Of a stretch of 64,000 nt of DNA, positions 60,501-64,000 are shown piece by piece (within the stretch, counting starts at the first letter, position 1; the number at the start of each line of letters is the position of its first letter). The position numbers were made by a program, and so were the translations under genes. The DNA comes from Bernardetia sp. ABR2-2B (lineage in GTDB: Bacteria; Bacteroidota; Bacteroidia; Cytophagales; Bernardetiaceae). The notes under the pieces were generated by a model, which did no database searches, was not told the origin of the DNA, and saw nothing but the letters and a program-made list of their open reading frames with translations. The stretch spans positions 1,971,293 through 2,035,292 of the forward strand of contig NZ_CP147020.1 of NCBI RefSeq assembly GCF_037126435.1, written 5' to 3'.

Positions 60501-60971
60501 TGTTTCGTCAATAGGATTGTTTCTGTATCTGATAAAATGTTGCTTTGCAAAGTCAAAAACATTCAACCCTCCCTCTGTTCCTATCCACATATTTCCTTCT
60601 CTATCTTCTGTAATACACAGAATAAGATTATCTGAAATAGAATTTATATTATCAACAGCACGTTTGTAATGATGAAACTTGATTCCATCATACATATTTA
60701 GTCCATCTTGTGTACCTATCCAAAGTAAGCCACGAGAATCTTGAAAGAAAACATTAGGAGTATTTTGAGAAAGTCCTTCATCGATAGTAATATGTTCGAA
60801 AGACATGTTTCCTTGTGCATAAGAAACAGAAAATATACTCTGCCCAACCAAACAGCTTATAATTAAAGCTAGTGCATAAAAAGACATAGAAAAAAGTTTT
60901 GCAAACTGATACGGCAAAATATCTTTTTGATAGTTTTTGGTTATGATTATATTTTCTTTATTAGAGTTCAA
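57582..60971 (-). CDS. membrane sensor phosphatase: periplasmic double beta-propeller (Reg_prop ~14 repeats) + Y_Y_Y domain + TM + coiled coil + SpoIIE/PP2C Ser/Thr phosphatase
   Basis: ~14 repeats of the (L/I)W(I/V)GTxxGLxx(F/Y)D motif. Y_Y_Y block (…YQYKLEGFDSDWIE…GEYTFLVKGSNSDGVW…). One TM (GFALIALLILFLIYRW). C-terminal PP2C (DSIRYAQRIQDAIIP…VDCTGHGVPGAIMS…DGMDMS…TDGFLDQFGG). Possible alternative start at 60887. Confidence 0.8.
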   Translation of the reverse strand: MNSNKENIIITKNYQKDILPYQFAKLFSMSFYALALIISCLVGQSIFSVSYAQGNMSFEHITIDEGLSQNTPNVFFQDSRGLLWIGTQDGLNMYDGIKFHHYKRAVDNINSISDNLILCITEDREGNMWIGTEGGLNVFDFAKQHFIRYRNNPIDETSIISNTVRSIICDKNGEIWAGTDEGLVHFIKDANTFETFRTKDIDECIVRCFFEDKEGNLWIGTNAGLALFDRKTKQFEERGFKRDAINCITMDNEGNIWAGGAGGLFKRTFLTSNHIDVVQNRYLNINSVFLDDKGILWLMTDDGLQYLRPWWKSPRLRVIRSRNTDPSSLSSNDILTMFEDQAGIIWIGTNGYGINKFDRNRIKFDTYTASRTGLSDNTVRSVLEDQHGILWIGTVQGLNKYREDLENASTVGTVAGKGIYALYEDNQSQVWVGTIEDGIYVFDNRNPSLGAVLKKRFTTRTSKGLLSNSIRVIYQDEAGTIWVGTDKGGLSRYDEKTNSFKSFAHDPNVPSSLSNDRVRGIYEDSEGTLWISTYGGGLNKFDAKNEVFSAYKSNVNDKYSISTNRVYPVYEDDENNFWVLTYGGGLNTLDRKSSKFTHFTEEDGLPNNVLYGVLEDSKKNLWFSTNRGISKFNPQDTTFTNFGVEDGLQANEFNSGAYAKGRGGMMYFGGINGLNYFHPDSIKGNSYIAPVLFTNFQVNNKEVEIGDSSLIQNHISLVDKIQLTYKQSSFSFSFASLHYSLPERNKYQYKLEGFDSDWIESDRGEAQYTNLDAGEYTFLVKGSNSDGVWNEDPISVEISITAAWYNTLEAKIGFALIALLILFLIYRWRIWRVEQKKKQLEDKIVLRTTELIKEKEKVEEQNTIIESTNKKITDSIRYAQRIQDAIIPSEEEMVEAFTEHFVLFQPRDIVSGDFYWGWKKNGISQFAVVDCTGHGVPGAIMSVVGFAMLEQTTKVKRIDEPSKILTEMNEGIVDWLKQNEGNVLHETGKMWKSRDGMDMSMISLDKENYKVTFSGAKNSLFYTKDGKIEEIKGDRFSIGGTLKNKQKAFTDKHISLQKNDMIYLTTDGFLDQFGGGENKKFSKKRFIELLSKIQHLPLAEQEKKLQGSFTHWQGLQRQIDDMLVVGIRM

Positions 60972-61156
60972 AAATAGGGGAACAGAAAAATGAATAAAAA
61001 TTAAAAGGAAATATTTCTTGGGTTGATAGAACTTCCAACAAACAAAGTTGCTTAAAATTATGATAAAAATCCACTACTATTTTATATTTTTTCTACTTTC
61101 TGTGTAATTTTTACTCTAAAAATCAATAAAAGCAGCTAAGTAATCGTTTTTCTAGT

Positions 61157-61187
61157 TTTGAGTTTGAAAAAGGGTTTTCTAATTTTG
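61157..61187 (+). promoter_or_regulatory. Bacteroidetes sigma-A-type promoter: -33 TTTG, 19-nt spacer, -7 TAATTTTG
   Basis: TTTG at 61157-61160 and TAnnTTTG at 61180-61187, 33 nt upstream of the 61221 ATG. Confidence 0.45.
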
Positions 61188-61220
61188 CATATTCATTTAT
61201 AAAAATAATCAAAACTAACT

Positions 61221-61964
61221 TTGAAACAGAAATTAGTACGCTCTCTAAAAGCTTTTATCAATAAATTGGGCTACCACATAGATAAAATAGACCGAAACTC
61301 CCTTACAATGGCTGGTGGGTTAGAACGCAGTGCAAAACATACTTCCCCAAAAAGCTTTATCGATGTAGGAGCTTCGGATGGAAGATGGACAGAACTAGCG
61401 ATGCAATTCTTTCCAAAATCACATTATCTGCTAGTTGAGGCACAAGAAGGACACCGTAAGGATTTAGAGTATTTTCAATCAAAAAAGCAAAATATTTCGA
61501 TTTGTATGGCTGCTGCTGGAGATGCCGAAGGAGAAATTTATTTTGATGCTTCCGACCTTCACGCAGGATTGGCTTCTAAAGAAAAACTAGATGATTGTAT
61601 TACTGTTCCTGTTACAACGATAGATTTGCAGGTAGAAAAAAATAAATTACAACCTCCTTTTTGTGTAAAATTAGATACACACGGTTTTGAGATTCCAATT
61701 TTGGAAGGAGCAACCAAGACATTAGAACAAGCTGATTTATTAATAATAGAAGTATATAATTTTCAGATTGTACAAAACGATGAAGATGCTTCACAAAATA
61801 GCCTTCGTTTTTATGAATTATGCCAATATTTAGATAAAAAAGGCTTTTACTGTGCTGATTTGGTAGATATAATGAGAAGAAAAAAAGATGATATGCTTTG
61901 GCAAATGGATATGTTTTTTTATAGAAAAGAGAATAAGGTTTTTGAGAGTAATTCGTATGATTAA
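61221..61964 (+). CDS. FkbM-family SAM-dependent methyltransferase
   Basis: FIDVGASDGRWTE glycine-rich SAM motif in the FkbM arrangement. Length 247 aa. Confidence 0.65.
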   Translation: MKQKLVRSLKAFINKLGYHIDKIDRNSLTMAGGLERSAKHTSPKSFIDVGASDGRWTELAMQFFPKSHYLLVEAQEGHRKDLEYFQSKKQNISICMAAAGDAEGEIYFDASDLHAGLASKEKLDDCITVPVTTIDLQVEKNKLQPPFCVKLDTHGFEIPILEGATKTLEQADLLIIEVYNFQIVQNDEDASQNSLRFYELCQYLDKKGFYCADLVDIMRRKKDDMLWQMDMFFYRKENKVFESNSYD

Positions 61965-62050
61965 AATGACAAATGAAGAGAAAAATGAATAGTAACTAAT
62001 CGACGGCTAGATTTTTTTTTACAAAAATGGAACACTAATAAGGACACAAC

Positions 62051-62749
62051 ATGAAAATACAAAAATTGACTTATTTATCGTTAAAAACCATACTTATTTT
62101 ATTTTTTTTATCAAAAAGTTTTAATTGTGTAGCACAATACAATATTGATACTCTAAAAATTAGTGGTGTAGATTATACTGACTCTGTTCTTTATGAAATG
62201 AAAAATAATAAGATAAATGCAGTTATAGAATCTATAGATAGAAGGCTATATTTTAATTTGAGAAACTCTAAAACACACTTTACAAATATTCATTTTTTTA
62301 AAAATATAAGTGGTTGTCTTGCTGTAGTATCTGATAAAAACTATATGAAACCTAAGAATGAGATTGAAATATATTCATTAAAAGGAGATAGCACCATTCG
62401 CACATCTAATATAGATTCTATAACTAATGTCATAGAAATAAGCAATAAAAACTATCATCTTCTTTTCATAGAAGCTTATGCTACAGAAGTTGGCGAACAG
62501 ATTTTTTATTATGATGTCATAACCGTAAACAAAGAAACATGTACAATACAGTATAACGGCTTTAGTAAATTCTTTTCAGTTCCTAAAAATGATGATATGG
62601 AAATAGTAAGAAATTGCTCTATAGATATCTATATAAAAGATGAAAAATTATATCTTGATTATAATTGTTTAAAACATGAGGTGCTAAATAAACATAAGAA
62701 GACTTTTATTTTTTCAGAAAAGAAGGGTAAATTTATTTTAAATAACTGA
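62051..62749 (+). CDS. hypothetical secreted protein
   Basis: Signal peptide. No recognised domain. Confidence 0.4.
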   Translation: MKIQKLTYLSLKTILILFFLSKSFNCVAQYNIDTLKISGVDYTDSVLYEMKNNKINAVIESIDRRLYFNLRNSKTHFTNIHFFKNISGCLAVVSDKNYMKPKNEIEIYSLKGDSTIRTSNIDSITNVIEISNKNYHLLFIEAYATEVGEQIFYYDVITVNKETCTIQYNGFSKFFSVPKNDDMEIVRNCSIDIYIKDEKLYLDYNCLKHEVLNKHKKTFIFSEKKGKFILNN

Positions 62750-62877
62750 TCCTTTGTTGTTGCTGTTATTAGTCTTTAATTTCAGTTTTCCGTTACGATG
62801 ACAAATAAATTCAATCAAACTTTCTTATCTTTATCACTTCAAAAAACAAAATTCAATTTATAAGCAAACAGAAGAAT

Positions 62878-63756
62878 ATGCTAAAATCAATGACAGGTTA
62901 TGGAAGTAGCAACCTAGAAAACGAAGAATATACCATCAATACAGAAATAAAAACAGTCAATTCGAAATACTTAGATTGTAGTCTTCGCCTTCCAAAACTG
63001 TTTGCAGATAAAGAAATTGAAGTCAAAAATCTAGCTCAAAAAATACTAGAAAGAGGAAAGGTTTATATTAATCTCAATTACGTTTCGAAGGGAGAGAGTA
63101 TTTCTGAGTTGGTTGTCAATCAGCAGCTTGTAAGTAGTTATTATGAAGCTATGATGAGTTCGGCTAGAGAATTAAATGCGCCGACCAATGATATTTTCAG
63201 AATTGCGATGATGCAAGACAATGTTTTTATAGAAAAAGCAAATGAAGAAGCCATCGAATCGCATTGGAAAGCCATTTATCAAACTATTGAAAAGGCTCTT
63301 TTGGATTGCAATGAGTTTAGAAAAGACGAAGGAAAATCTTTGCAAAATCATATTGAAGGCTGTTTGAAATCTATTCAACATTCACTTACAGAAATCAATA
63401 AAATAGAACCTCGTAGAGTAGAAAAAATCCGTCAAAAATTAGAGAAAAATATTGAAAGCGTAGTCAGTTCAGAACACTTTGATAAAAATCGCTTTGAGCA
63501 AGAAGTTATTTATTATGCCGAAAAGTTAGATATTGCCGAAGAACAAGTGCGCTTAAAAACGCATATTGACTACTTTTTGAAAGAATTAGCAAAGGAAAAC
63601 ACTAGTGGTAAGAAGCTAAATTTTATTACGCAAGAAATGGGAAGAGAAATAAATACCATAGGCTCAAAGGCAAACGACGCAGATATGCAACATTTTGTAG
63701 TAGAAATGAAGGAAGAGCTAGAGAAAATAAAGGAACAGACTTTGAATGTACTTTAA
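62878..63756 (+). CDS. yicC: YicC-family stress-induced protein (YicC_N / DUF1732)
   Basis: N-terminal MLKSMTGYG signature and C-terminal …EMGREINTIGSKAND… block, both typical of YicC. Confidence 0.8.
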   Translation: MLKSMTGYGSSNLENEEYTINTEIKTVNSKYLDCSLRLPKLFADKEIEVKNLAQKILERGKVYINLNYVSKGESISELVVNQQLVSSYYEAMMSSARELNAPTNDIFRIAMMQDNVFIEKANEEAIESHWKAIYQTIEKALLDCNEFRKDEGKSLQNHIEGCLKSIQHSLTEINKIEPRRVEKIRQKLEKNIESVVSSEHFDKNRFEQEVIYYAEKLDIAEEQVRLKTHIDYFLKELAKENTSGKKLNFITQEMGREINTIGSKANDADMQHFVVEMKEELEKIKEQTLNVL

Positions 63757-63791
63757 TTTAGTGATAAGTTATTAATTATTAGTGATGAATT

Positions 63792-64000
63792 ATGAAATTA
63801 TATTTTAGTCTTTTTCTTCTGTTTTTAGGACATTTTCTATGTCCTAACTTGTACAGTCAGAACAATTACCCAAAAGAAAAGGTACGACTAGAAAATGATA
63901 TTTGGTTTGGCTTGAATGCTCAAATTAGCCCAAATAAATTAAATCAGAATAGTAACCTTGATAGTAACTTTGTTTCAAAAAATGTGTTTCTTATTCAGCT
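63792..64000 (+). CDS. hypothetical exported protein, N-terminal fragment (runs off the window end)
   Basis: ATG at 63792 followed by a signal-like MKLYFSLFLLFLGHFLC. Open through 64000 with no stop. Confidence 0.35.
   Translation, partial: MKLYFSLFLLFLGHFLCPNLYSQNNYPKEKVRLENDIWFGLNAQISPNKLNQNSNLDSNFVSKNVFLIQ

Noticed and set aside
1-64000. Search for CRISPR arrays, tRNA, rRNA, tmRNA and RNase P signatures
   Set aside because: I found no arrays of regularly spaced 25-40-bp direct repeats, no GGTTCGAATCC-type T-arm motifs and no conserved RNase P or SRP blocks by eye. The long spacers hold inverted repeats instead.

Overview
AT-rich (roughly 30% GC by eye) chromosomal segment with the gene content of a gliding Bacteroidetes, Cytophagia/Flexibacter-like. 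About 50 protein genes are densely packed on both strands. Confident housekeeping or metabolic calls are sucD, hmgA, fumarylacetoacetase, peptide deformylase, EngB, an ECF sigma factor, MscS, Ppx/GppA, an MsbA-like ABC exporter, an M16 peptidase and YicC. The window is rich in exported lipoproteins and outer-membrane barrels (SusC, SusD, a FadL-like protein, a DUF5686-like protein). I found no rRNA, tRNA or CRISPR array. The most unusual content is two membrane sensor proteins whose output is a SpoIIE/PP2C Ser/Thr phosphatase. One has a periplasmic Reg_prop/Y_Y_Y double propeller, normally the sensor of Bacteroidetes hybrid two-component systems, and heads a co-directional susC-susD-fadL-like cluster with no CAZymes and a fumarylacetoacetase downstream. 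The other has a CarbopepD_reg-type ectodomain. Other observations are a peptide deformylase with a lipoprotein-type signal peptide and a structured leader, a complete IS4-family element with a 9-bp target duplication, a 7TMR-DISM receptor fused to a LuxR-type HTH, a CxxCH-motif lipoprotein, and several intergenic repeat or inverted-repeat families. Hand-derived coordinates may be off by 1-2 nt. CDS ends follow the supplied ORF track, which counts TTG/CTG-type starts as Met; where an internal ATG with a better N-terminus exists I give that.
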